DNA of 64,000 bases from an uncultured Lachnospiraceae bacterium (GTDB lineage Bacteria; Bacillota; Clostridia; Lachnospirales; CAG-274). How positions within the stretch are numbered: position 1 is the stretch's first letter; each line of letters begins with the position of its first letter. A program made the position numbers and the translations under genes. The stretch spans positions 4,953-68,952 of the forward strand of contig CAZHGC010000005.1 of NCBI GenBank assembly GCA_964531385.1. Direction: 5' to 3'. This document shows positions 36,630 to 46,249 of the stretch, piece after piece. The notes below the pieces were generated by a model. It did no database searches. It was given only the letters and a program-made list of their open reading frames with translations, and was not told where the DNA came from.

Positions 36630-37052
36630 TTAATTTGATTTACTGTTTAAATAGCCTTGCAATATAAAAACCGCAGCCATTTTATCTATAACTTGTTTTC
36701 TTTTTTTTCGGCTCAAATCGGCTTCGAGAAGCCCTCTTTCGGCAGCAATGGTGCTTAGACGTTCGTCCCAAAGAATGACTTCAAGCTTGAAAGTTTTTTC
36801 AAGACGAGCTTTAAAAGCTTCTGTTTTTTCGCATCGTTCACTAATGGTGTTGTTCATATTTTTGGGATATCCCATAACTATTTTTTCAACGTTGTATTGT
36901 GAAATTATTTCGCCTATTCGAGAAATGCTGTTTTTTAAGTTATTTTCTTCTTTTCGCCTGATAATTTCCAACCCTTGAGCTGTCCAGCCGAAAGGGTCGC
37001 TTATTGCAACGCCGATAGTTTTTTCGCCGAAATCCAATCCTAATATACGCAC
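36630..37052 (-). CDS. ruvX: Putative pre-16S rRNA nuclease / Holliday junction resolvase-like YqgF
   Basis: [20 protein letters not shown]-terminus and ...DERLST.. motif. GTG start. Confidence 0.9.
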   Translation of the reverse strand: MRILGLDFGEKTIGVAISDPFGWTAQGLEIIRRKEENNLKNSISRIGEIISQYNVEKIVMGYPKNMNNTISERCEKTEAFKARLEKTFKLEVILWDERLSTIAAERGLLEADLSRKKRKQVIDKMAAVFILQGYLNSKSN

Positions 37053-37056
37053 AGAA

Positions 37057-37329
37057 TTATCCTTTCAAATTGTTTTTTAAATAAAAGGTTACAAGTTCTT
37101 CAAGAAGCTCGTCACGTTCGATTTTACTTATATTACTTCTTGCGTTTTTATGACTTGTTATATATGTTGGGTCGCCGGACAAGATGTAACCGACTATTTG
37201 ATTTACGGGGTTGTAACCCTTATCAACCAATGCCATAAAAACATTTGATAATATTTCGTTTGCTTGACTTCTTTCGTTTTTATCGGGATTGGAAATTTTT
37301 TGAGTTTCAAAAATGTTTTTATCTCTCAA
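37057..37329 (-). CDS. ireB: IreB-family regulatory phosphoprotein (UPF0297)
   Basis: ...[27 protein letters not shown]... family signature. AAGGAGG RBS, TTG start. Confidence 0.9.
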   Translation of the reverse strand: MRDKNIFETQKISNPDKNERSQANEILSNVFMALVDKGYNPVNQIVGYILSGDPTYITSHKNARSNISKIERDELLEELVTFYLKNNLKG

Positions 37330-37495
37330 AGTTTAAACCTCCTTAGAACAATTTATTAAACTTTTCCGCTCAATTTTTAAAGAAAGAACGAGGAAAAATA
37401 TTTTGGCTTTTTGTAAATTATTTGGAAATTTTGTTGAAGCCGTTTATTTAACCGGTTCGCTTTCTTCAGAAACAAATGTTTCAGCCCTATCATAT

Positions 37496-37524
37496 ATAAT
37501 AATACAAAATACAAAAATATGCAA
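37496..37524 (-). promoter_or_regulatory. Sigma-A-type promoter (TTGCAT - 17 nt - TATTAT) for the ireB-ruvX-DUF1292 operon
   Basis: Hexamers and spacer read on the minus strand, about 165 nt upstream of ireB. Confidence 0.45.
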
Positions 37525-37587
37525 ATTTTTTTTGCGACTATTTTCGGCAAAAATATTAAATGCTGAAATATTTGAGAAAAAATGTAA

Positions 37588-38895
37588 TTAATTGGTTATT
37601 GAGCCTAAAACTGTTTCCTCTTTTAAAATTTTTAGAATTTTTGTGTTTAAAATTTGGTTTGTAATGTTTAAATCACTGCTTGCATAAACGGTTATATAAT
37701 TTGTTGTGTGGCCTTCATATATGTTATTTCCGATGTTTTTTTCAAAAAGAACGGGTTTAACTTTTCCTATATAATTTTCCAAAAATTCTTTATTTAATTC
37801 ATTGCTTAATTCAATCATTTTTTTAGTTCTGTTATTTTTTATTTCGGAAGAAATTTGATTTGGGTATTCGGCAGCTTTTGTTCCCGTTTTTGGCGAATAG
37901 GGGAAAACGTGTATTTTTGATAGTTTTATTTCTTTTGCAAAATTCATACTTTCGTTAAAATCTTCTTCTGTTTCATCGGGAAAACCGACGATTATATCGG
38001 TTGTTAAAGCTACATTTGGAAAAGCTGATTTTAATTTTGATACAGCTGTTTTATAATCATCACTTGTGTATCTTCGATTCATTCTTTTAAGCGTTCTATT
38101 GCACCCACTTTGAAGAGAAAGGTGGAAATGGTCGCACACTTTTGGGAGATTTTTTATTTCGTTGAGAAACTCATCGGTTATTACAAGCGGTTCTATTGAG
38201 CTGAAACGAATTCTTTCAATTCCGTTTATTTTGTGAACTTCTTTTATTATATCCAATAAAGTTGTGTTTTTTAAATCGACGCCATATGAAGCAACGTGAA
38301 TTCCTGTTAGAACGATTTCTTTGAAACCGTTTTGAGCAAGTTCTTTAACTTCTTCGATTACATCTTTTGGGTTTCGGCTTCTGACAGGACCTCTTGCATA
38401 GGGAATTATGCAATATGTGCAGAAACGGTTGCAACCTTCTTGAATTTTTAAATATGCACGTGTATGATTTTTTAAATTTTTAACCGAAAGTTTTTCAAAA
38501 GTTCGCTCTTTCATTATATCGCCTACGGCATTTAAAACTTTTGTTTTGTCTTTATAATTTTCGACAATTTCAACAATGCTGTGACGGTCTTTTGTTCCGA
38601 TTACTATATTTATTCCTTCGATTTCTTTTACGGTTTCCGGAGCAACTTGGGCATAACAGCCTGTTGCAACAACTATTGCGTTTGGATTTAATCTTTTTGC
38701 ACGACGTATTGTTTGCCTTGATTTTTTATCACCGAAATTTGTTACTGTGCAAGTGTTTATTATATAGATATCGGCAAAATCGTCAAATTCTGTTATTTCA
38801 TAGCCTTTTTCTTGAAAAAGCTCCATCATTGCTTCTGTGTCATACATATTTACTTTACAACCCAATGTTGTAAAAGCTATTTTCTTTTTGTTCAT
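37588..38895 (-). CDS. mtaB: tRNA t6A37 methylthiotransferase MtaB
   Basis: MTTase N-terminus FTTLGCKVNMYDTE, radical SAM motif CNRFCTYC and a TRAM-like C-terminus. 435 aa. Confidence 0.85.
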   Translation of the reverse strand: MNKKKIAFTTLGCKVNMYDTEAMMELFQEKGYEITEFDDFADIYIINTCTVTNFGDKKSRQTIRRAKRLNPNAIVVATGCYAQVAPETVKEIEGINIVIGTKDRHSIVEIVENYKDKTKVLNAVGDIMKERTFEKLSVKNLKNHTRAYLKIQEGCNRFCTYCIIPYARGPVRSRNPKDVIEEVKELAQNGFKEIVLTGIHVASYGVDLKNTTLLDIIKEVHKINGIERIRFSSIEPLVITDEFLNEIKNLPKVCDHFHLSLQSGCNRTLKRMNRRYTSDDYKTAVSKLKSAFPNVALTTDIIVGFPDETEEDFNESMNFAKEIKLSKIHVFPYSPKTGTKAAEYPNQISSEIKNNRTKKMIELSNELNKEFLENYIGKVKPVLFEKNIGNNIYEGHTTNYITVYASSDLNITNQILNTKILKILKEETVLGSITN

Positions 38896-38921
38896 ATAAA
38901 ATTCCTTCCTATTTTTACGGT

Positions 38922-40529
38922 TTACATTTCGGGTTTGTTATTTAAATGTCTGAAATCGATTACGTTATAACCCTCAATTCTTTTGAAAGCGGCACGAAAT
39001 ACGCCAACGTCTTCGTAGCCGACTTTTAATGCAACTAATTCATCGTCCATATTTGATGAAAGTATTAAATCCTTTGATTTTTCTATTCTTATTTTTGACA
39101 AATAATCACTGAAATTTACATCTGAATATTTTTTGAAAAGCGTTTTAAAATATTCGTATGAGCAATTAAAAAGAAGTGCTATTTTTTTTGCATTTATATC
39201 TTCGTAATATTTTTCATTTACATAATTAACGGAAGCGTTGAAAATTTCAAGTTCTTTATTGTTTCTTATGTCAACTATGTAAGAACAGAAATTTTTTAAA
39301 CCTGTGTTTAAATAATTATAAGCATCGTCTATTGTTGTCATTTCAAAAACGGTAGATGTTGGGAAAAATTGATTTATTCCGGCGATGTTTAAATTTTGCT
39401 CTATGGCGTTTCTGTTTATTGAAATTAATATATCGGTTACAATTTGTGACAAAAGTTTTGGTTTTACGTCGTTACTTTTTCTGAGAGAATCAAAAATTTC
39501 GTCTAAAAGTTTTAGGCAATAATCATATTCACCGATTACGGCTGTGTATACAAGCAATTCTTCTCTTTCAATTGGATAGCGGTATGTTAAATCGTTTCCG
39601 GGTTCGACATATTCTTGCGGAATAATTGAATTATAGCCAACGAAACATCTGTATCGCAATGCGGCAACGGCTTCTTTGAACGAAACGGATATATCTTTTA
39701 TATCGTTGAATCTTCCGCCAACTCCTATCGAAACTCCTAAATTTATAAGTATTTGAACTTGAATTTTTGTTTCGTTTAATATTCTTAAAATTTCCTCAAG
39801 TTCGGAAATGCCGTAAATAATCATAACTATTTCGTTGAAATTGTTTATAAAGGCTTTTCCGCAGGAATTATCGTTTAAAATTGAGTTTACTCGGCTTAAA
39901 ATTTTGAAAATAAAAATATGTTTTTCATTTTCATCAAGAGTTAGTACAACTTTTTTAAAATGGTCTATTCTTAATATTGCTACAGAATAGGGCGAAGAAA
40001 TTTCTATGTTTAGATATTCGAAGCCGTTTTCGATTTCTCTTTCGTTTGATATTGCTCCGTTTGTTAAATTTTTTAAAAAAAGAGTTTCGAAGAACATCAT
40101 ATTTTCTTGATACTTTTTGAGGACTGCTTGTTCTTCTTTTAATCTTTTTTGCTTGTCTTCAAAAACTTTTATTGCGATATTTAAGTTTTTTTCAAGTTCG
40201 CCGGGTTTTACGGGTTTATAGATATAGCCGACAACTCCGAATTCCATACATTTTTGCATATATTCGGCATCGTTGAATGTTCCGTAGAGTATGAATGAAA
40301 TTTCAGGATTGTAAAAGTTCCAATTTTTAAACAAACTTATTATGTTTGACCCTAAAACTCGCATATCGGCTATTATTAAATCGGCTTTTTTTGCGTTTAT
40401 TATATTTTGAATTTCTTCAAGCGTTGTTACAGCTTTTTCAATTTTAAAATCTGAAAATTTGCTTTTTATAAATGCCTTGAAATTTTTTTGATTATCGGTG
40501 TCTGTATCTGCAACAATAACTTTAATCAT
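38922..40529 (-). CDS. Response regulator with AraC-type HTH output (YesN-like), no adjacent kinase
   Basis: N-terminal receiver (IIADMRV...K), a long linker and a C-terminal AraC-like double HTH. 535 aa. Confidence 0.8.
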   Translation of the reverse strand: MIKVIVADTDTDNQKNFKAFIKSKFSDFKIEKAVTTLEEIQNIINAKKADLIIADMRVLGSNIISLFKNWNFYNPEISFILYGTFNDAEYMQKCMEFGVVGYIYKPVKPGELEKNLNIAIKVFEDKQKRLKEEQAVLKKYQENMMFFETLFLKNLTNGAISNEREIENGFEYLNIEISSPYSVAILRIDHFKKVVLTLDENEKHIFIFKILSRVNSILNDNSCGKAFINNFNEIVMIIYGISELEEILRILNETKIQVQILINLGVSIGVGGRFNDIKDISVSFKEAVAALRYRCFVGYNSIIPQEYVEPGNDLTYRYPIEREELLVYTAVIGEYDYCLKLLDEIFDSLRKSNDVKPKLLSQIVTDILISINRNAIEQNLNIAGINQFFPTSTVFEMTTIDDAYNYLNTGLKNFCSYIVDIRNNKELEIFNASVNYVNEKYYEDINAKKIALLFNCSYEYFKTLFKKYSDVNFSDYLSKIRIEKSKDLILSSNMDDELVALKVGYEDVGVFRAAFKRIEGYNVIDFRHLNNKPEM

Positions 40530-40748
40530 TTTATCACCCCGAGAATATTATTTTTTATTTGAAAAATTAAATTTTGTAAATTCAGTTTTTATGTGGTTTG
40601 AAAACTTAATTTTATTGTTTGATTTTATATTCTATATATATTTTACAATATTATGAGCAATTTTAAAATACTTTTTCTTTAAATAAATAAAATTTTGTGG
40701 TATTATATATATTAGGCTATTTTTATTGAGAAAAACGGAGGTTTATTT

Positions 40749-42275
40749 ATGGCTTTTACGAAAGAGGAAAAAATAAAAAAAATGTTGCTTGAAGCAATAT
40801 CTTTGGAAATTAAGAATACTTTATTAAATCTTATTTCGGATATTTGCATTTGGGTTGATGAACCGATTGAGTATGCGGCAAGCTTGGAAATTCAAGAATT
40901 GTTCGATGAAGTTAAAAAATCTATATTTGAACTTAATGATGATATTATTTGTGCTGTTGAGGATAGAAGCGTTCTTTTGGAAAAAATTGAAAAATTGAAA
41001 GAAGAAGCTTTTGGAATTTATAATACTTTTTGTTGCTATAAAAAAGCTTTTGAATTTCTTGTTTGCAAGTTTAACAACGAAATTGCAAATAAGCTCAACG
41101 AAGAATTGATGAAAGAACATAATAAATTGGATTTTGATAAAATTTATGACGATTGTATTGATTTTATATACGATGAGGAAGAAGACGAAAGGTTGACCGA
41201 ATTGTTGACGGCGGAAAGAAAAGGGGTTGTTCTTTCTTGTATGCCTATGAAAATGACAAGACAAAAATATGAAAACTTTATATATAACAATTTGAAAATT
41301 TCTTGTGAAAATTCGAAAAAAGGGGAAATGGAGATAGTTTTTGATAATTTAAAAACTTCTTTTTATCCTTTTAATTCGAAATTTTTTGGAAAAAAATATC
41401 CTGTTTTTGCAGAGCAAATTTCTGAAATGAACAACATTGATTTGACAAAGCTTTCGCAAGATGAAATTGGCGAGCTTATCGATAATATATTGGATTCCTC
41501 TCAAAATCTTGAAAGTCTTAATGAATCGTTGGAAGCAATTTACAATGATTTGAACTATATGTTTAGTTTGGCATTGTTCTGTGCTGACGAAGAATTTTTA
41601 TTTGAAGAAGATATTCTTTTTAAAGATATGTATTTTTCATCATTAAATTTGCTTAAAGGTGAACTTGACGTTGAGTTTGCGGGAGATGTTATTGAAAAAA
41701 TCGATGAGAAGGTTAGTGCTATTCAAGATGAAAGAATTTCTTTGAAAAATAATATTGTGGAGCTTCTTCCGATGTTTGACAATGTTAAAGTTTCGGAACA
41801 ACTTAAAACTTATATTGACACGTATAAAACTATTAATAAATATTTTTGGGAAAACATTGAAGATGCTATTGCTGAAAAAACATATGCAGAATTTGACGGT
41901 GAGGTTGACGAGAAGTTTTTTGACGAGAAGTTTGGTGAGTTTTTTGAATATGTAAATAATTCTATTGCGGAATTTACAAATAAAGACAAAAAAGCTGTTA
42001 AAGCTTATTTCCTGAGCAAAATTTATTGCGTTGTTAAAGATGAGGAGTTTATTGAATATTTTGATTTTGTTTTTGACCAGATGAAAGACAGCGATGATTT
42101 ATCTCTTTTTGCGATGAAATTTGGACAAGTTCTTGAAGCTTACGGTTTTGATGTTTCAGATGATGAATGTGATTGTGGACATCATCACGAGCATAACCAT
42201 TCACATAATTGCGGTTGCGAACATCATCACGAGCATAATCATTCACATAATTGCGGTTGCGGACATCATCATTAA
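40749..42275 (+). CDS. Acidic hypothetical protein with C-terminal His/Cys-rich tandem repeat (putative metal-binding tail)
   Basis: 508 aa, rich in E/D/F/K. Ends CDCGHHHEHNHSHNCGCEHHHEHNHSHNCGCGHHH. GGAGG RBS. Confidence 0.8.
   Translation: MAFTKEEKIKKMLLEAISLEIKNTLLNLISDICIWVDEPIEYAASLEIQELFDEVKKSIFELNDDIICAVEDRSVLLEKIEKLKEEAFGIYNTFCCYKKAFEFLVCKFNNEIANKLNEELMKEHNKLDFDKIYDDCIDFIYDEEEDERLTELLTAERKGVVLSCMPMKMTRQKYENFIYNNLKISCENSKKGEMEIVFDNLKTSFYPFNSKFFGKKYPVFAEQISEMNNIDLTKLSQDEIGELIDNILDSSQNLESLNESLEAIYNDLNYMFSLALFCADEEFLFEEDILFKDMYFSSLNLLKGELDVEFAGDVIEKIDEKVSAIQDERISLKNNIVELLPMFDNVKVSEQLKTYIDTYKTINKYFWENIEDAIAEKTYAEFDGEVDEKFFDEKFGEFFEYVNNSIAEFTNKDKKAVKAYFLSKIYCVVKDEEFIEYFDFVFDQMKDSDDLSLFAMKFGQVLEAYGFDVSDDECDCGHHHEHNHSHNCGCEHHHEHNHSHNCGCGHHH
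42180..42263 (+). repeat. Tandem 2 x 42-nt in-frame repeat encoding HHHEHNHSHNCGC(E/G)
   Basis: The units differ at 2 of 42 positions (aac/aat, gaa/gga). Confidence 0.95.
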
Positions 42276-42361
42276 AATATAATGAAAAATGTTTCATTTT
42301 GTTGTTAAAAAACGATAATTATAGTATAATTAAAAAATATGATATAAAAATATTTGCAGAG

Positions 42362-43444
42362 GTGATTGTTATTAATACTACAGCGTTGATTATGGCAGGC
42401 GGGAAAGGTGAACGTTTTTGGCCAAAAAGCAGAAAAGCTTTTCCAAAACAATTTTTGAGTTTAACCAATGACGGTAAAACTATGATTCAGCACACAGTTG
42501 AACGAATTTTACCGATTGTTGATATGAAAGATATTTTTATTGCAACAAACAAAGAGTATAAAGAAATTGTTAAAACACAGCTTCCGGAAATTCCGGAAGA
42601 AAACATTTTGTGTGAGCCTGTTGGAAAAAACACCGCTCCTTGCATTGGACTTGCGGCGGCACATATTGGCAAAAAATATGAAGATGCAATTATGATTGTT
42701 TTGCCATCGGACCATTTAATTAAATTTACAGATATGTTTGTAAACACTTTGAAAGCGGGTTGCGAAATTGCCGAGAATGACGAAAATCTTGTTACTGTTG
42801 GAATTATGCCGTCATATCCGGAAACGGGATATGGTTATATTAAATTTATTCCTAACAAGGATAATTCGAAAGAGGCTTATAAAGTTGAAAAATTTGTTGA
42901 AAAGCCAAAGCCGGAAATTGCGAAAGAATATGTTTCCTGCGGGGAATACTTATGGAACAGCGGAATGTTCATTTGGAAAATTTCAACAATTCTTAAAAAG
43001 TTTGAAGAATTTTTGCCGGACACATTTAACGGAATTTTAAAAATTAAAGACAGTATTGGAAAAGATGATTATAAAGAGGTTTTGGAAAGAGAATTCAATT
43101 TGTTTAATTCTGAATCTATCGATTATGGAATTATGGAGAAAGCTTCAAACATTTATATTTTGCCGGGAGCTTTTGGTTGGGACGATGTTGGAAGTTGGCT
43201 TGCAATTGAAAGAATTAACAAGACCAACGAATTTGGCAATATGGTTTCGGGAAATGTTATTAATGTTAATACAAAGAATTCGATAATTGTTGGAACAGAC
43301 AAGCTTATTGCAACGGTTGGTCTTGAAGATATTGTTATTGTTGATACGGAAGACGCAACTCTTATTTGCGATAAAAACAGCACACAAGATATTAAAAAAG
43401 TTTTGGAAGTTCTTAAAACTTGCAATAAAACAGAATATATTTAA
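42362..43444 (+). CDS. manC: Mannose-1-phosphate guanylyltransferase
   Basis: ALIMAGGKGERFWPKSR nucleotidyltransferase motif and ...GYGYI...WNSGMF... motifs. The start is uncertain (GTG 42362, or TTG/ATG at 42386/42392). The 5' end of the track ORF overlaps the previous gene and was discarded. Confidence 0.85.
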   Translation: MIVINTTALIMAGGKGERFWPKSRKAFPKQFLSLTNDGKTMIQHTVERILPIVDMKDIFIATNKEYKEIVKTQLPEIPEENILCEPVGKNTAPCIGLAAAHIGKKYEDAIMIVLPSDHLIKFTDMFVNTLKAGCEIAENDENLVTVGIMPSYPETGYGYIKFIPNKDNSKEAYKVEKFVEKPKPEIAKEYVSCGEYLWNSGMFIWKISTILKKFEEFLPDTFNGILKIKDSIGKDDYKEVLEREFNLFNSESIDYGIMEKASNIYILPGAFGWDDVGSWLAIERINKTNEFGNMVSGNVINVNTKNSIIVGTDKLIATVGLEDIVIVDTEDATLICDKNSTQDIKKVLEVLKTCNKTEYI

Positions 43445-43463
43445 TTTTTGGAGGAAATGAAAA

Positions 43464-44501
43464 ATGAAAAATGCTTTGATTACGGGAATTACAGGACAAG
43501 ACGGCTCTTATTTGGCAGAACTTCTTTTGTCAAAAGGTTACAATGTTTATGGAATTATGAGAAGAAAAAGCGTTGTTGATTTTGGCAACGTTGAACACAT
43601 AAAAGACAAAATAAACTTTATTTATGCGGATATGACAGATATTGTTTCTCTTATTAATGCAATGAAAGTTTCGAATGCTGACGAAGTTTATAATCTTGCG
43701 GCACAGTCATTTGTTGCAACAAGTTGGGAGCAACCTATTGCAACAGCGGAAATTGATGCGGTTGGTGTTACCAATATGCTTGAAGCAATTAAAATTGTTA
43801 ATCCGAAAGCAAGATTTTATCAAGCATCAACGAGCGAGATGTTTGGACTTGTTCAAGAAATTCCTCAATCCGAAAAAACTCCTTTTTATCCGAGAAGCCC
43901 TTACGGAGTTGCAAAACTTTATGGTCATTGGATTACAAAAAACTATAGAGAAAGCTATGATTTATTTGCTTGTTCGGGTATTCTCTTCAATCACGAATCG
44001 GAAAGAAGAGGAAAAGAATTTGTTACAAGAAAAATTACTGATGCTGTTGCAAGAATAAAATTTGGTGTTTTGGATTGTCTTGAACTTGGAAATATGGATT
44101 CTAAGCGAGATTGGGGACATTCAAAAGATTATGTAAATGCTATGTGGCTTATGCTTCAGCAAGACACTCCCGATGATTATGTTATTGCAACAAACGAAAC
44201 AAGGACTGTTCGTGAATTTGTTGAAACAGCTTTTAATCGTGCGGGGATTGAAATTGAATGGAGCGGTAAGGGTGTTGACGAAATTGGAAAAGACAAAGCA
44301 ACGGGAAAAACTGTTGTTAGAGTTAATCCTAAATTCTTCAGACCTGCGGAAGTTGATATTCTTCTTGGAAATCCTCAAAAGGCTGAATCTGTTTTGGGTT
44401 GGAAAAGAGAAATTGATTTTGCCGAACTTGTTGGAAGAATGGTTGAGAATGATTTGAAGCTTGTTGAAAAGGAAATTCGTGTTTCAAAACTTGACAAATA
44501 A
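43464..44501 (+). CDS. gmd: GDP-mannose 4,6-dehydratase
   Basis: ITGITGQDGSYLAELLL, SPYGVAKLY (YxxxK) and NHESERRG are canonical Gmd motifs. Confidence 0.95.
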   Translation: MKNALITGITGQDGSYLAELLLSKGYNVYGIMRRKSVVDFGNVEHIKDKINFIYADMTDIVSLINAMKVSNADEVYNLAAQSFVATSWEQPIATAEIDAVGVTNMLEAIKIVNPKARFYQASTSEMFGLVQEIPQSEKTPFYPRSPYGVAKLYGHWITKNYRESYDLFACSGILFNHESERRGKEFVTRKITDAVARIKFGVLDCLELGNMDSKRDWGHSKDYVNAMWLMLQQDTPDDYVIATNETRTVREFVETAFNRAGIEIEWSGKGVDEIGKDKATGKTVVRVNPKFFRPAEVDILLGNPQKAESVLGWKREIDFAELVGRMVENDLKLVEKEIRVSKLDK

Positions 44502-44513
44502 GCGAGGGATACT

Positions 44514-45452
44514 ATGAAAGCGTTAATTATTGGCGGCGGCGGTTTTGTTGGGAAATATCTTGCATTCCATTTGCACAATGACTGCAAATGGAATGTCAGT
44601 GTTACTAAAATTGAAAAAGAAACTATCGATTTGGATTATGTCGATATATTTAATTTGGATATTTTGGACATTGAAGCCGTTAAGGCTGTTATTAAGGAAG
44701 TTATGCCGGATTATATTTTTCATCTTGCAGCTCAAAGCTCTGTTTATTTGGCTTGGAAAAATCCAGCATTGACAGTTGATATTAATATTAAAGGTGCTAT
44801 TAATCTTCTTGATGCAATCAGAAGCATTGAGGAATATAATCCTAAAATTTTGCTTGTTGGTTCAGGAGAAGAATATGGGCACATTAGAGAAAGCGAAACT
44901 CCTGTTTCCGAGGAAAACGTTCTTAGACCGGGAAATATTTATGCAGTTACGAAAGCGGCTCAAAATTTTATTGGGAGAATTTATGCAGATGCTTATAAAA
45001 TGAATATTATTATGGTTAGAGCATTTAACCATATTGGACCGGGGCAGTTGCCGAATTTTGTTGTTTCTGATTTTTGCAAGCAAGTTGCGGAAATTGAAAA
45101 AGAGGGGAAAGGCGTTATAAAAGTTGGTAATTTATCAGCTATGAGAGATTTTACTGATGTTAGAGATGTTGTTAGAGCATATTCGCTTTTAATTAAAAAA
45201 GGAAAGAGCGGAGAAACTTATAACGTTGGAAGCGGAAAAGCTGTTTCTATAGATGAAATTTTAAAAATGATTATCGATATTTCCGGAGCTGATATTACAG
45301 TTGAAATTGATGAAAATAAACTTCGTCCTGTTGATATTAAAATTATTGAAGCCGACATTTCAAAATTAGTTTCTGAAACGGGTTGGAAAAGAAATTTCAA
45401 GCTTGAAGAAACTATTTTTGATACATTGGAGTTTTGGCGAAAAAATATTTAG
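44514..45452 (+). CDS. rmd: GDP-4-keto-6-deoxy-D-mannose reductase (Rmd-like; GDP-D-rhamnose or GDP-6-deoxy-D-talose forming)
   Basis: SDR with IIGGGGFVGKYL and YAVTK, located directly after gmd. Its N-terminus resembles Rmd rather than the Fcl/WcaG type. The stereochemistry of the product cannot be read from sequence. Confidence 0.6.
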   Translation: MKALIIGGGGFVGKYLAFHLHNDCKWNVSVTKIEKETIDLDYVDIFNLDILDIEAVKAVIKEVMPDYIFHLAAQSSVYLAWKNPALTVDINIKGAINLLDAIRSIEEYNPKILLVGSGEEYGHIRESETPVSEENVLRPGNIYAVTKAAQNFIGRIYADAYKMNIIMVRAFNHIGPGQLPNFVVSDFCKQVAEIEKEGKGVIKVGNLSAMRDFTDVRDVVRAYSLLIKKGKSGETYNVGSGKAVSIDEILKMIIDISGADITVEIDENKLRPVDIKIIEADISKLVSETGWKRNFKLEETIFDTLEFWRKNI

Positions 45453-45469
45453 GTAATGAGGTTGGTTGA

Positions 45470-46249
45470 ATGAACGTTTTTAAAGAACTTTATGACTATC
45501 GTGAAATGATTGTGAGTTTTGTTAGAAAAGATTTGAGAGGGAGATATAAAGGTTCGGTTCTTGGATTTTTATGGACTTTTGTTAATCCTCTCTTGCAACT
45601 TTTAGTTTATACGCTTGTTTTTTCGGTTATTATGCGTTTTGGCGATATTGATAAATATTATTTGTTTTTATTTGTTACGCTTATTCCATGGTTGTTTTTT
45701 TCAACAGCTCTTACAAGCGGTTGTATGTCGGTTTTGGCTCAAAAAGATATGCTTAAAAAAATTTATTTTCCGAGAGAAGTTTTGCCTGTTGCTCAAGTTA
45801 CAAGCTGTTTTATGAATATGATTTTTTCGTTTCTTGTTATTTTTGCGGTTCTTATTATTTCGGGTTCGGAAATTAATCTTGAGGCTTTTTTATATCTTCC
45901 GATTGTTATGATTGTTGAATATATTTTTGCTATGGGCATTACGTTGATTGCTTCGGCTGTTACGGTTTATTTCAGAGACCTTGAGCATATATTGGGAATT
46001 GTTGCGATGGCTTGGATGTATATGACACCTGTTATCTATGGCATTGAGCAAGTTCCCGAAGAATTTAAAAGTTGGTTTGTTCTTAATCCTATGACGCCGA
46101 TTATAGTTGCATACAGAGATATTTTGTATTATGCAAGAGTTCCGGAACTTAATATGCTTGGAATTTCATTTGTTATGGGAATTGCGGTTCTTATTATTGG
46201 GTTTATTGTGTTCGGAAAACTTAAAAAGCATTTTGCGGAGGAATTATAA
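45470..46249 (+). CDS. wzm: ABC-2 type polysaccharide export permease
   Basis: 259 aa with 6 TM helices. N-terminal ...RDLRGRYKGSVLGFLW... is typical of Wzm/TagG. Confidence 0.9.
   Translation: MNVFKELYDYREMIVSFVRKDLRGRYKGSVLGFLWTFVNPLLQLLVYTLVFSVIMRFGDIDKYYLFLFVTLIPWLFFSTALTSGCMSVLAQKDMLKKIYFPREVLPVAQVTSCFMNMIFSFLVIFAVLIISGSEINLEAFLYLPIVMIVEYIFAMGITLIASAVTVYFRDLEHILGIVAMAWMYMTPVIYGIEQVPEEFKSWFVLNPMTPIIVAYRDILYYARVPELNMLGISFVMGIAVLIIGFIVFGKLKKHFAEEL

Noticed and set aside
37403-37591. 62-aa plus-strand ORF in the ireB-mtaB spacer
   Set aside because: It has no RBS, runs against the direction of all neighbouring genes, and overlaps a plausible minus-strand promoter and 5' UTR.
42251-42361. 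5' extension of the manC ORF overlapping the His/Cys-tail gene
   Set aside because: It overlaps the upstream stop and has no RBS. Nucleotidyltransferase homology starts at about 42380.
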